Shown here: positions 27,410-37,506 of the stretch, piece after piece | Layout of the letters: each line of letters opens with the position of its first letter | Position numbering within the stretch: position 1 is the first letter of the stretch | Assembly: GCA_041674765.1 (NCBI GenBank) | Contig: JBAYVE010000005.1 | Coordinates: 1,645-65,644, forward strand | Length of the DNA: 64,000 bases | Source: Patescibacteria group bacterium | Lineage (GTDB): Bacteria; Patescibacteriota; UBA1384; XYA2-FULL-43-10; 1-14-0-10-43-13 | Direction of reading: 5' to 3' | Notes under the pieces: model-generated | Databases searched by the model: none | What the model saw: only the letters and a program-made list of their open reading frames with translations | What the model was told of the DNA's origin: nothing | Translations under genes and position numbers: made by a program

Positions 27410-28807
27410 TCACGGGAGGCAATTTTCGGTTTCGATGAGGCTATTCGCGGCGAGGAAGCCTTTTTCCATCCGTCGGTATCCTACCTCAAACTCGGGGAAA
27501 TGTTGAAGCATCCTCCTTCTGTTTTTGAGATAGGCATTCTCGAAGAACGCCCTCATCAAATATTTTCGAGCCCATAATTGGTCGAAACCGACATCGAGTA
27601 CGGGGTGAGCCGTATCCCAGTGCCTCAGATCGTGATCGATGACCATTGCTTGAATCGTAGGGTCTGATCCGCTCTTTGACGCCAAGAATGGGGTAAAAGA
27701 GGAGCACCGAAATCCTGTTGCGGAGCAGGTCTTTACCCATTCTGCGGTTGCCTCAATGTCTTTTACTGTTTGCCCTGGAATGCCGATGACATTGAGACAT
27801 CTGGTGGCGATCCCATTATCGGTGCACAGCTCGAAAATCGCATTGGGATCGCTTTCTCCTCGATATGCTTGCTTGTTCATACGCCGCCGCTCGCTCACAG
27901 AGGGACTTTCGACACCAATCGAGAGCATGCACCAGCCGGCAGCACGCATGGCGGGGATGATTTCGTCCGCATGAGAGAGAGCCGGATTATATAGTCCTCC
28001 CATCACAACATGTTTATTTAGTCCACGCTTGATGATCTCATCGCAGACCGACATAAGCCATCGGAAATTGAGATTTATATTGAGGTCATCCCAATCAATG
28101 GAACGATATCCTTGTGTAACCAAGTATTCGATCTCATTGACAACATGTGCGGGTTCGCGGGAGACCACGTTTTTTCCCCATGCCTCACGTGACTCACAGA
28201 AACTGCAGTCGAAGGGACAGCCTCTCCGGCCGATTATTGAAGTTGGCATCTGTTCCTCTATCTCAAGCGGCCAGATATCTCTCATATGGAGGAAAGGTAC
28301 TATACTTGGATCTCGAAAGGGATAGATCGCTCCTGTCCAATTGAGATCGCGCCCACTCCGAACAATGCCTTTCGCCTGTCTCCTTTCGACTATTGCTTTG
28401 ACGGCCAGTTCGCCCTCGCCCACCACGACCCAGTCGAAGGTATCGATGAGATATTGTGGTATAGAGGTTGCGCCAGGTCCGCCTACAATTAGCTTAACTT
28501 CAGGGCACTCTGTCCGGATTGTTTTGGCGATTTCGTTGGCTTCATCTAGGGTCCAGGTCATGCAGCTTATACCCACATAAGCACAGTTCTTGGCCTTTTC
28601 AACGATCTCCCGGGTAGTGAAAGATCGAATGGCAAGGTCGATCACCTCGACGTCGAAGCCCATGTGCATCAACATAGAAGCGATATATAGAAGTCCTAAG
28701 TTTGGCAGATTTGCATTGCCAAAGAGATTCTTCCGGCCTGAGCCGGCGCTGATAAGCAGTACTTTTTTCAAAGGAGCCTCCTTTCGGTTGTAAGTGTGCC
28801 AATTCAT
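27410..28807 (-). CDS. B12-binding-domain radical SAM (class B) enzyme
   Basis: N-terminal Rossmann-like B12-binding region (KKVLLISAGS...VEVIDLA). Radical SAM cysteine triad RRGCPFDCSFC. Confidence 0.7.
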   Translation of the reverse strand: MNWHTYNRKEAPLKKVLLISAGSGRKNLFGNANLPNLGLLYIASMLMHMGFDVEVIDLAIRSFTTREIVEKAKNCAYVGISCMTWTLDEANEIAKTIRTECPEVKLIVGGPGATSIPQYLIDTFDWVVVGEGELAVKAIVERRQAKGIVRSGRDLNWTGAIYPFRDPSIVPFLHMRDIWPLEIEEQMPTSIIGRRGCPFDCSFCESREAWGKNVVSREPAHVVNEIEYLVTQGYRSIDWDDLNINLNFRWLMSVCDEIIKRGLNKHVVMGGLYNPALSHADEIIPAMRAAGWCMLSIGVESPSVSERRRMNKQAYRGESDPNAIFELCTDNGIATRCLNVIGIPGQTVKDIEATAEWVKTCSATGFRCSSFTPFLASKSGSDPTIQAMVIDHDLRHWDTAHPVLDVGFDQLWARKYLMRAFFENAYLKNRRRMLQHFPEFEVGYRRMEKGFLAANSLIETENCLP

Positions 28808-29073
28808 GGCAAAATTGACCGATCCATGGAATTGGCCATCATAACATCGAACCGATTATCGGACATTGATTTAAGACAAATTGACAAAATAATGCTTAAT
28901 TGTTATCTTGAGAAGAGGAATGTTGACCAAAAAATGGACAAACTGTGGTAGCTCATAAAGTTTGTAAAGCAGAAAGTTCATCAAGTAAAAAGAGGGGTCA
29001 TCCTGAATTTGATTCAGGATCCAGTTATTATTAGATAGATTCCGGATCGAGTCCGGAATGACAGGACGAACAT

Positions 29074-29787
29074 ATGAAAAATTTGGAAATTGAGGGATTA
29101 AATCAAAAAGAGCTCGAAGTTTATGAGAATTTGCTGACCCTAAAGCGGGCGACAGTTTTGCAATTGACACAAGTTTCAAACGAAAAAAGAACAACTTTGT
29201 ATAGAATCTTGGAGTCCTTACTGTTCAAGGGGCTGGTCAGCGAGATCTATGAAAGGAAGAAGCACTTTTATATTGCCGAATCCCCAAAGAAATTATTGGA
29301 ATTTATCAATAATGAAAAAGAAAAGATAAAGAATATTCTTCCTGACCTAGAAGCATTGGAGCAGCAAGCACTGGAGCGGCCAAAAATTAAATTCTGTGAA
29401 GGCAAGGAGGCCTTAAAAAGTTTTTATAATGAAATTTATGCTGGCCGGAAAGAGGTTCGTGCAGTTGGCGCCCCCGAAAGACTCGTTAAAGACATTAATT
29501 TCCATAATGAGCAGGTGGCCAAAAGGGTGCGATTGAAAATACCGGCTCGAGTGATTTATTCCGATACTCCTTTCTCCAGAAAAAGGGCGGAGACGGAAGC
29601 TCTTCGTGAAGTTAGAATATCTAAACACTTAAGACCGCTGGATGCGACCTTTATGTTCTCTAGTAATAAAGTAATGGCTTTTTCCCATAAAAATTGGGTC
29701 ACCGGTGTTCTAATTGAAAACAAAGAGATTGCGTCTGGACTCGAAGCAATATTTGATGCATTGTGGGAAGAGCTGGAAAATAAATAA
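29074..29787 (+). CDS. TrmB-like winged-helix transcriptional regulator
   Basis: N-terminal LNQKELEVYENLLTLKRATVLQLTQVSNEKRTTLYRILESLLFKGLV is a TrmB-type HTH. A hairpin GACCCTAGG-GGTGAA-CCTAGGGTC lies at 29798-29821. Confidence 0.55.
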   Translation: MKNLEIEGLNQKELEVYENLLTLKRATVLQLTQVSNEKRTTLYRILESLLFKGLVSEIYERKKHFYIAESPKKLLEFINNEKEKIKNILPDLEALEQQALERPKIKFCEGKEALKSFYNEIYAGRKEVRAVGAPERLVKDINFHNEQVAKRVRLKIPARVIYSDTPFSRKRAETEALREVRISKHLRPLDATFMFSSNKVMAFSHKNWVTGVLIENKEIASGLEAIFDALWEELENK

Positions 29788-30299
29788 TTAAAAAAAAGAC
29801 CCTAGGGGTGAACCTAGGGTCCGGCAACTTGCAATTGGCTCCCGTGTATATGGCATGTACCCGCACAAAGGCTAAGGTATCACTCGTATAGGGGGTGAGC
29901 TCTCTGCAAGTCGGCTTTCTATCTATTTAGCATTTAAATATCAGATTTTCAACAATTACCTCGACCCCCTTGATACTTAATACCTATCCCTTTATACTAA
30001 TAATATAGAGCTCATGGAGGGATTTTCTACTATTGGTAGGCCCTTGTTGCTAGCGAGCAGTTTCTGATTAAGCCGGAAACCCTTAGTTATCAACAATCTT
30101 GTTTTGGCTTATCAAAAAAGTTGCAAAAATCGTGTTTAATGAATTTAATTTTGCATCAGTGGAAATGCTAATTTTTGAATACTTGAGAAATGCCAATCAT
30201 CGGCATAAACAAGGGAAATTATTAGATGATTATTCGCGAACTAAGCTAAAATAAGATCTAGCTATTGATTATTTATCCTGCTAGGTATATAAATTCTCT

Positions 30300-30527
30300 A
30301 ATCCTACCCCCGAAAGGAGTACCCGCGAATGGCACCGACTACCAAGCCAATTTGGAGGGTATTCTACGCAATGGTCCGAGCCCCCTTGGGTTTGCTTTGG
30401 GCCATTTGGATCGGTCTTCGCTGGCTGTTCTACGACAGCTTCTGGCAACCGGCCGATCACGACTCCAAGGAGGGCCACGGCCCTTCGTGATATTCGCCTC
30501 CGCTGCCCTCGGGCAGCGGAGTTCTTT
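30300..30527 (+). promoter_or_regulatory. Structured GC-rich 5' leader / candidate riboswitch with intrinsic terminator (CCGCTGCCC-TCG-GGCAGCGG + T-run, ~30495-30527) upstream of cell-wall gene; possibly cyclic-di-AMP (ydaO-like) class
   Basis: Candidate promoter TTGATT..TATATAAAT at ~30267-30300. A ~58% GC stretch in an AT-rich intergenic region. The terminator sits 35 nt before the ATG of the G5/3D-domain gene. Contains CCGAAAGG and CCCGC..ACCGAC..GGAGG segments reminiscent of ydaO RNAs, a weak match from memory only. Confidence 0.35.
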
Positions 30528-30562
30528 TTTATTAGGCATGTCTTTGGTACAATACCTTTAGT

Positions 30563-31528
30563 ATGAAATTTAATTTCAAATGGCTTCTTGCCGGGATGGT
30601 GTTGCCGGTGGGGGCACTTACAATATTTTCTGATAAACCAATAGCAGATAATTTTGAGACCAAGGCATTGCCCAGGCCTTACATTGTTGAGGCAATTTCT
30701 CCGGAGGGCAATATAGCTGAATTTAAGGGCTTGAGTTTGTCCGGAGCGCCTTTTGAAATCGCGGGTGATCTAGGCGCCTTGCCAAACAAAGCAGACAAAT
30801 TTACTGCTTTTCCTGAAATTAAAATGGGTATTGGTAGCAAAATTACGCTCTATCGTGCACCGCATTCTATTGTCGTTGATGGCAAAAAAGCGACTACTTA
30901 CTATAGTTGGGCAAATACTGTCGGCGAATTATTCTCGCAGAATATGATTGAATTAGGCAAAGACGATAAGATAAATTTCTCGCTCGACACTGCACTGGAA
31001 AACAATATGGAGATCAAAATCGTAAGAGTGGCGAAGACCACGGTCGTAGAGACGGAGAATATAGATTTCAAAACCGTCAAAAGAAGCAACTCCAATATTG
31101 AAAAAGGGAATAAGAAAACATTGCAGGCGGGACAGAAGGGGAAAAGAGCAAAAACTTACGCTGTGACGAGAGAGGACGGAGTCCAAATTTCAAAAGTCCT
31201 TATTAAGTCGGAAATTGCCGAGGCACCAATTGAAGAAATTATTGAAGTCGGGACCAAAGTGGCTGTCTATGGCAGCGGCAAGGCGACTTGGTACGGTTGG
31301 CCAAAGATGGAGAAGAAAAACGCGTATTATGCTGCCCACAAGAACTTGCCGAAGGGTACTGAAGTCTGGGTGGTCAATACTGCCAATGGAAAAGGTGTGA
31401 AAGTGACAATTCTCGACCGAGTGTCGGCGAATGTTGAAATTGACCTTTCAACTGTTGCTTTCAAGGAGATTGGCAGTCTCGGCTCCGGAGTCATCAATGT
31501 GAGAGTTGAGAAATATTATCCAGAATAG
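30563..31528 (+). CDS. Secreted cell-wall protein with G5 domain and C-terminal 3D/RlpA-like (DPBB) domain (YabE/Rpf-like architecture)
   Basis: Signal peptide. G5-like block (TVVETENIDFKTVKRSNSNIEKG...LQAGQKGKR..TYAV). C-terminal ATWYG...NGKGVKVTILDRV...IDLS matches RlpA/3D domains. Confidence 0.6.
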   Translation: MKFNFKWLLAGMVLPVGALTIFSDKPIADNFETKALPRPYIVEAISPEGNIAEFKGLSLSGAPFEIAGDLGALPNKADKFTAFPEIKMGIGSKITLYRAPHSIVVDGKKATTYYSWANTVGELFSQNMIELGKDDKINFSLDTALENNMEIKIVRVAKTTVVETENIDFKTVKRSNSNIEKGNKKTLQAGQKGKRAKTYAVTREDGVQISKVLIKSEIAEAPIEEIIEVGTKVAVYGSGKATWYGWPKMEKKNAYYAAHKNLPKGTEVWVVNTANGKGVKVTILDRVSANVEIDLSTVAFKEIGSLGSGVINVRVEKYYPE

Positions 31529-31661
31529 GTAATCTTTCAGAAAATGATTGATGTTTACTCCCTTAATACCTAATACATAATACTCAAATAAAAAATAAAT
31601 TTGACTGAGATCCTTCGCAAGGATGCTCAGGATGACAAAGAAGGGGCTCGGATTATAAAAA

Positions 31662-32600
31662 ATGATTGACTTATCAAACAAAACTGAACTGACTTCATAT
31701 CTTAAAGAAAAGGGTCTCTGGGCAAAGCATGGCCTCGGGCAAAATTTTTTGGTTGATAGAGATGCGCTTGATAAAATTATCGATACAGCTTTTGATACAC
31801 CCCACCCAACCTCCCCTCACGAAGGGGAGGAGTCGTTGATTATTGAAGTTGGGCCGGGGGTAGGGACGATGACGGAGGAGCTTGTCAAACATGCGAAGAA
31901 GGTGATTGCGGTTGAATTGGATGAGAAATTAAAGCAATTGTTAAATGGCTATATTGCTGAATTGCTTAAGAACAACAATATAACAATAGAACAATATAAC
32001 AATTTTGAATTAATCAATGCCGATGTACTCAAGGTCAATATTCCCGAATTAGTCGGTGATCAGAAGTACAAGGTTGTGGCCAATATTCCGTATTATATTA
32101 CCTCCAAAATTTTGCAATTATTCTTGACGCTTGAAAATAAGCCGGAGAGTATTACTTTGCTCGTGCAAAAAGAGGTAGCAGAGCGGATTTGTGCTAAACC
32201 TGGTGAGATGTCGGTGCTGGCAGTTTCCGTGCAAGTTTACGGCGAGCCAAGAATTGCCGGCATTGTGAAGAAGGAATCATTTTTCCCCTCGCCAAAAGTG
32301 GACTCGGCAATATTGCATATCGCAATTTCCAATTTTCAATTTCCAATTTTCAATCAATTTCTAAATTACAATTTCCAAACGAAAGAAGCGTTTGAGAAGG
32401 CTTTTTTCCGCCTTGTTCATATCGGTTTTGCGGCAAGAAGAAAAACGCTCGCTAATAACCTCTCAAACGGCTACCATATAGACAAGAAGACAGCAGAGGA
32501 TATAATTAGATCAATGGGATTTTCTGTAAGCATTCGTGCGCAAGAATTATCAGTAGACGACTGGAAGAAGCTGGCAAAAGTCGTATTAGGTATTACGTAG
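31662..32600 (+). CDS. rsmA: 16S rRNA (adenine1518/1519-N6)-dimethyltransferase
   Basis: GQNFLVD....KI.......EVGPG.G.MT..L; NIPYYITS. Two in-frame element insertions: hairpin element at ~31797-31840 (DTPHPTSPHEGEESL) and TTTCCAA repeats at ~32325-32385. Confidence 0.85.
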   Translation: MIDLSNKTELTSYLKEKGLWAKHGLGQNFLVDRDALDKIIDTAFDTPHPTSPHEGEESLIIEVGPGVGTMTEELVKHAKKVIAVELDEKLKQLLNGYIAELLKNNNITIEQYNNFELINADVLKVNIPELVGDQKYKVVANIPYYITSKILQLFLTLENKPESITLLVQKEVAERICAKPGEMSVLAVSVQVYGEPRIAGIVKKESFFPSPKVDSAILHIAISNFQFPIFNQFLNYNFQTKEAFEKAFFRLVHIGFAARRKTLANNLSNGYHIDKKTAEDIIRSMGFSVSIRAQELSVDDWKKLAKVVLGIT

Positions 32601-32776
32601 TACGTATTAAGTATTAAGTATTAAGTGGTAGGTGTTATGTGGAGGAAGGCGCTGGGGAATGTACTAAGGGGTAAATATTAAGTATTATGCAAGAGAACAA
32701 AAAAATCGAATCTGAATATTTATTTGTCATTCCAGACTGTGGCTCGATCCGCCAACTGGCGGACTGGAATCCAGCC

Positions 32777-33160
32777 ATGCCCTTCGTAGCTGTCAAGCGA
32801 AGTGGGAGAGTGAAGTCATACTATATTTACATTATGGCTAGTCGAAGGAAAGGCACATTGTATATCGGTGTGACGAATGATTTGATCAGAAGAATCTGGC
32901 AGCACAAGAATAAAGTTATTGATGGATTTACGAAAGATTATAATGTCTCCTTATTGGTTTATTATGAAGAAACAGCAGATATTAAATCAGCAATCAAAAG
33001 AGAAAAGCAATTGAAGTCTTGGAATCGACAATGGAAGATAGAATTGATTGAGAAAACAAACCCTGATTGGCATGATTTGTACAGAGAGATAGCTGGATCC
33101 TCGGGTATTACTCTCGAGAGCACCGCCGATCCCGAGGATGACAGGGGAGTGATTCCATAA
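32777..33160 (+). CDS. Small GIY-YIG nuclease-domain protein (YhbQ-like)
   Basis: SYYIYIMASRRKGTLYIGVTNDLIRRIWQHK...LVYYEE......AIKREKQLKSWNR.WK. The 5' region 32700-32776 is a palindromic repeat element (the same element, inverted, is at 2707-2760). Confidence 0.65.
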   Translation: MPFVAVKRSGRVKSYYIYIMASRRKGTLYIGVTNDLIRRIWQHKNKVIDGFTKDYNVSLLVYYEETADIKSAIKREKQLKSWNRQWKIELIEKTNPDWHDLYREIAGSSGITLESTADPEDDRGVIP

Positions 33161-33248
33161 CATGTAATATATACCCTTTTATACACTGGTTTCGTGCCTA
33201 ATACATACTACCTAATACATAATACATAATACTAACAAGTGAGGGAAT

Positions 33249-34775
33249 ATGCCTGAAGTTTTAAATCCGAAGGAGCCTTTAGCCGACAAAATCGTCGGAG
33301 TTATTCAGCGAGCTGATGCTGATTTTACGATGCCAGAGCCTTTGAAACTTTTTACGATCTCTGAGTTTCGACATGAGCTTGGTATTCCGCTAGTTCTGGC
33401 TCGTAAATTGATCGTTTGGGGCTTGGTCAAGGTAGTTCGGACGACCGATGGCACAATTCAGATTACTGAGGGTGAACTTTTGGAAACGAAGGAGTTCTTG
33501 AAGAGCCCCTGGCAGAGAACTAAATTGTTTGTCCGCGCCCTGGGCCCCGGCTTAATTACTGGCGCTTCAGACGATGATCCCGGGGGAATTGCCACTTATT
33601 CTGCTGTTGGTGCGGCTTTTGGCTACAAGATGCTCTGGATGGCACTCTGGCTTTTGCCATTGATGACCGCCGTGCAGGAGGCCTGTGCCCGTATCGGCAT
33701 TGTGACCAACAAGGGGCTTTCCGGAGTACTAAAGAAGCACTATGCCAAATGGGTCGTCTTTCTGGTTGTTTTGTTCCTAATTGTTGCCAATGTCGTTAAT
33801 ATCGGTGCCGATCTAGGGGCAATGGCTGCGTCCCTAAAACTGGTTTGGGATGTCAATTTTACCGCTGCCGCCTTTGGCTTTGCGCTTCTTATTTTGTTGA
33901 TTGAGGTGGCAATCCCATATCGATATTATGCCTCGGTTCTGAAATGGCTGACAATCTCAATTTTTGCTTATGTAGTGACAGGGTTCATTATCAGGCCTGA
34001 GTGGCTATCTGTTTTTAAGGAAGCGCTGGTGCCGGACTTCATCCTTTCCAAGGACTATATTTTTGCAATAGTCGCTGTTTTCGGCACAACGATCACGCCT
34101 TACCTTTTCTTCTGGCAGGCTTCAGAGGAGGTCGAGGAGGGCAAAATGACGCCAAAGAGCGATGAGGCGGGCAAGCCGATTGCTTACAGATTGACTGACC
34201 GGATCGCTCATATGAGGACGGATGTACGCACGGGCATGGCTTTAGCAAACTTAGTTTTCTTCTTCATCATTCTAACTACGGCCAAGGTGTTGCATCAAAA
34301 CGGTATTACCTCGATCGAAACCGCCGAGCAGGCAGCAGAGGCGCTCCGTCCCTTTGCCGGCGATCAAGCCTTTCTTTTATTTGCCCTGGGAATAATTGGC
34401 ACAGGTCTTCTGGCAGTACCAATCCTAGCCGGTTCCGGAGCTTACGCCCTTGCAGAATTGATGGGATGGCGAGAAGGTCTTGGCAAGAAATTCTCAGAGG
34501 CCAAAGCGTTTTATATGGTGATTGCGATTTCGATTTTGGTAGGCTTGGGCTTAAATTTCGTCGGCATCAGTCCGATCACGGCGCTTTATTACTCCGCCTT
34601 CCTAAACGGAGTTATTGCAGTACCGCTCCTCTTTGTTATTATGATAGTAGGCGGTGATAAGAAGATTATGGGGCGGGAGACACACCCCAATTGGGTCAAA
34701 TTCTTCGGCTGGGCGGCCTTTATCTTCTCAGCAATCGCCGTGCTTTCGATAATTATTATGCAGTTTATAAAATAA
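33249..34775 (+). CDS. mntH: NRAMP/MntH-family divalent metal transporter with ~85-aa N-terminal extra domain
   Basis: LGPGLITGASDDDPGGIATYSAVGAAFGYKMLWMALWLLPLMTAVQEACARIGIVTNKGL is an NRAMP consensus. There are 11-12 TM segments. The N-terminal soluble extension has an unclear fold. Confidence 0.7.
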   Translation: MPEVLNPKEPLADKIVGVIQRADADFTMPEPLKLFTISEFRHELGIPLVLARKLIVWGLVKVVRTTDGTIQITEGELLETKEFLKSPWQRTKLFVRALGPGLITGASDDDPGGIATYSAVGAAFGYKMLWMALWLLPLMTAVQEACARIGIVTNKGLSGVLKKHYAKWVVFLVVLFLIVANVVNIGADLGAMAASLKLVWDVNFTAAAFGFALLILLIEVAIPYRYYASVLKWLTISIFAYVVTGFIIRPEWLSVFKEALVPDFILSKDYIFAIVAVFGTTITPYLFFWQASEEVEEGKMTPKSDEAGKPIAYRLTDRIAHMRTDVRTGMALANLVFFFIILTTAKVLHQNGITSIETAEQAAEALRPFAGDQAFLLFALGIIGTGLLAVPILAGSGAYALAELMGWREGLGKKFSEAKAFYMVIAISILVGLGLNFVGISPITALYYSAFLNGVIAVPLLFVIMIVGGDKKIMGRETHPNWVKFFGWAAFIFSAIAVLSIIIMQFIK

Positions 34776-34779
34776 AATT

Positions 34780-37506
34780 ATGCCAAGACAGCCGGAACAA
34801 TCTATGCCTGGTGACACACATCCGCCTTTTGCTGATCCTAGTACTGGTTTTTGGAAAGACAATGAAGCTTTTGATCGTAGATTTTCAACATACGGTCCAG
34901 CGATAAAATCAGCTGTTGAACAGATGATTTATATGGGCCACAGCACGGACTGGGTTATCAATGGTCAGATTGGCGATAATCCCGAATTTGATGCTGACAG
35001 TAGCGCCGATATGGAAAATATTTATCAAACAAATTCTTATTCGCTCCTACCGAACGAACAAAAGGCTGCTTTGATGAAAGAGATAATTCGAGAAATGTTT
35101 CGACAAATTAAAGATTTTCAAAGCAGGCTTTCTGAAGAGGGGAGCAAAAAGGTAGAAAGATTAAAATCTAGTAATTTCTTTGAATCGGATTATTCTAGAT
35201 ATAACGAGATTGATGATCCTTGGGCGGGAGTGGATCTGTCAGATGTCTATCCAGATTGGAGAGATGAAGGAGATTTGCAAGCACCCAAGAATCCTGAGGA
35301 TAATAGCGGTGAGTTTCCGGAGAACGGAACTTACGATTTTGTTATCAAGCAGGCGATTAATGAACTGAAAAATTTAGGGCAAGGTCCCGCTACTATAGAT
35401 TTTTTAATGGATTTCTGGAATGCAAGCCGCGATCCTTATTTTGGTCCGGCAATTGCCAATACGATCTCAGAGATCAATCCTGAATATGGGGTAAAAAAGA
35501 TCTTAGAGGGCATTGGGACTGCAGAAGAGGAAGACCAAACAAGATTATTGTCCTTGCTTTATCGTATGGAGCTCGGGAAAGTGGGTATCTCTGAGCAGGG
35601 AGTAAATTATCTCGGCCGCATTTTCGAGGTTGGCGTTAATGAAGGAAGCGTATCGCGTCTTACTGCCGATGGAAAAGTAGGAGTCTTTAACGATTTAAAG
35701 CAACTAATTGGTTTTTTTAAATTAGAAGGCGCCGACTTTACTGTAGAACAGCAAGGAGCCATAAAAAAACAGCTCGAAGCGATTACTATTGATATGCTTT
35801 TCATTCCCAGAACAGATGAGACCAGGGAAGACATTGCGGAAAAAGAGAAATTACTGGCTGAGTTTAAGCAAAAATATTTTCAAATATATCTTGAAGCGTT
35901 TTCAAAACACGATGATAAAGCCGATTTTAGATTCAATAATCTCTCACTTCCCGAGCAGGGCTTTGTTCTTAAATTCTTAAGCCAACACGATGAGGGCGAC
36001 CCCAGAAGAGAAGAATTTTTTAATTTTATCGTGAAATTTGGGGAAAATGGCCTTAGAGCATTTCGTTCAATCGAATTTGATCCTGATGCAGGAGAAAAAA
36101 TATTGGATCTCCAGGCAAACTTAAGCGATCAAGAAGCTGAAATTTTGTTTACTGAATATGGTAAAATTTATCAAATTGCCGAGGAAGTGGCTATCTGGGT
36201 TAAAAAAGTTCTATTTACTGATGCTGATAATCTCACTGCCAAAGACTTATTGGAAGTGAATATTCTAAGAGAGCAGATACTGAGGAAAGCTCAGGACGCC
36301 TTGTTGCACCCCATTGAAGAGAATAGTGGGACAAGATTCTTGCCTGGACGCGACCGACTATTTTTCATGCGCAATGAGTTGGAAAAAGTTGTCTCAAACG
36401 AGCCAACCATCGATAATTTTGAGATGGCTCAATTTATTTTAAATCGCTATTTTGCAGATAATGTGCCATCCGGAGAAAGATTATCTTTGTCTGAACAGGT
36501 TATTTCTGATGGCTTAGCCAAACTCTATAACAATCAGGAATTTTCTTTGCGAGATTACGAAGGGAAAACCAGTGACACCAGTAGGAGTTTGAGCGCTTTG
36601 TTGCATGAGATGAACGAAATGCCAGCGCAAGAAATGACAGGAGACCCGGAGGAGCGTTTGATTTATGATATTGGGGCGGGTGATGGCAGAATTGCTATTC
36701 CTTTGGCGTTATCGGGGGCAAATGTTGTCGGCATTGATTACTCTGAGAGAATGGTCGCTGATTCCAGAACTCGGCCGATTGAATTTGCTCGTACTTTAAG
36801 AAATGGAGAAGATGATCATCTTGCCGACTCGGCGAGGAGCGCTTTTGATCAAAACGGATTGAAGATTACTGAAGAGGCAATCGCAAAATTGCCAAAGAAA
36901 ATCGACATCAGACACGGTAATTTCTTTGATTTTGATAAGGAGAAATTTAAGACAAATTTTGGCGAAAGGCAGCCAGACGCCATTGTAATTATGTGGCACA
37001 CGCTCGGTTTTGCCGGCGATTTAGATGGAATCAGACGAGTTTTGAAAAATGCCTATGGGATATTACGACCCGGAGGCAGGATATTTATAGAGATGCCTGA
37101 TAGGAATTTTGGCGGCTACGCCAGGGCAATTCGAGAATTCCATGAAACCCATCCGGATAAACCTTTCGGCAGCATTCAGGATGCTCCGTCAAAAAGCAGT
37201 AACAGCCCAACAGAACAAAATGATGAATTAGCGACTTGGCGTTATTTTCCTAAAAACAGCGAGATTGAGGGCGCCCTGGAAGAAACTGGATTTGATCCTC
37301 ATGTTTCTCATCTTGGGTCTTATTTTGTTGCTGCGGAAGCCGGAGAAAACGCAAAATTGCTTATCAAAGAAAATATGTTTATTGCAGAAAAACCTCTTGA
37401 TCCTATTCGTCAGAAAAAGATGTTGGAATGGGCTCAAAATGTTGACAAAGATCAAGGACAACAGGAACAGCTGGATAGAATAAGGAAAGAGATAAGGGCC
37501 GCTTAG
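34780..37506 (+). CDS. Large (908 aa) cytoplasmic protein with C-terminal class I SAM-dependent methyltransferase domain; N-terminal ~600 aa unknown
   Basis: MTase motif I LIYDIGAGDGRIAIPLALSGANVVGIDYSERMV and motif post-I/II (AIVIMWHTLGF). The start overlaps the mntH stop by 4 nt, so the two are co-transcribed. Confidence 0.55.
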   Translation: MPRQPEQSMPGDTHPPFADPSTGFWKDNEAFDRRFSTYGPAIKSAVEQMIYMGHSTDWVINGQIGDNPEFDADSSADMENIYQTNSYSLLPNEQKAALMKEIIREMFRQIKDFQSRLSEEGSKKVERLKSSNFFESDYSRYNEIDDPWAGVDLSDVYPDWRDEGDLQAPKNPEDNSGEFPENGTYDFVIKQAINELKNLGQGPATIDFLMDFWNASRDPYFGPAIANTISEINPEYGVKKILEGIGTAEEEDQTRLLSLLYRMELGKVGISEQGVNYLGRIFEVGVNEGSVSRLTADGKVGVFNDLKQLIGFFKLEGADFTVEQQGAIKKQLEAITIDMLFIPRTDETREDIAEKEKLLAEFKQKYFQIYLEAFSKHDDKADFRFNNLSLPEQGFVLKFLSQHDEGDPRREEFFNFIVKFGENGLRAFRSIEFDPDAGEKILDLQANLSDQEAEILFTEYGKIYQIAEEVAIWVKKVLFTDADNLTAKDLLEVNILREQILRKAQDALLHPIEENSGTRFLPGRDRLFFMRNELEKVVSNEPTIDNFEMAQFILNRYFADNVPSGERLSLSEQVISDGLAKLYNNQEFSLRDYEGKTSDTSRSLSALLHEMNEMPAQEMTGDPEERLIYDIGAGDGRIAIPLALSGANVVGIDYSERMVADSRTRPIEFARTLRNGEDDHLADSARSAFDQNGLKITEEAIAKLPKKIDIRHGNFFDFDKEKFKTNFGERQPDAIVIMWHTLGFAGDLDGIRRVLKNAYGILRPGGRIFIEMPDRNFGGYARAIREFHETHPDKPFGSIQDAPSKSSNSPTEQNDELATWRYFPKNSEIEGALEETGFDPHVSHLGSYFVAAEAGENAKLLIKENMFIAEKPLDPIRQKKMLEWAQNVDKDQGQQEQLDRIRKEIRAA

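Noticed and set aside
30265-30561. 98-aa ORF (and overlapping minus-strand ORFs 30281..30478, 30339..30539)
   Set aside because: They lie in a GC-rich structured leader that ends in an intrinsic terminator. The reading frames are Arg/Gly/Pro-rich and mutually overlapping on both strands, so the region is more likely RNA than protein.
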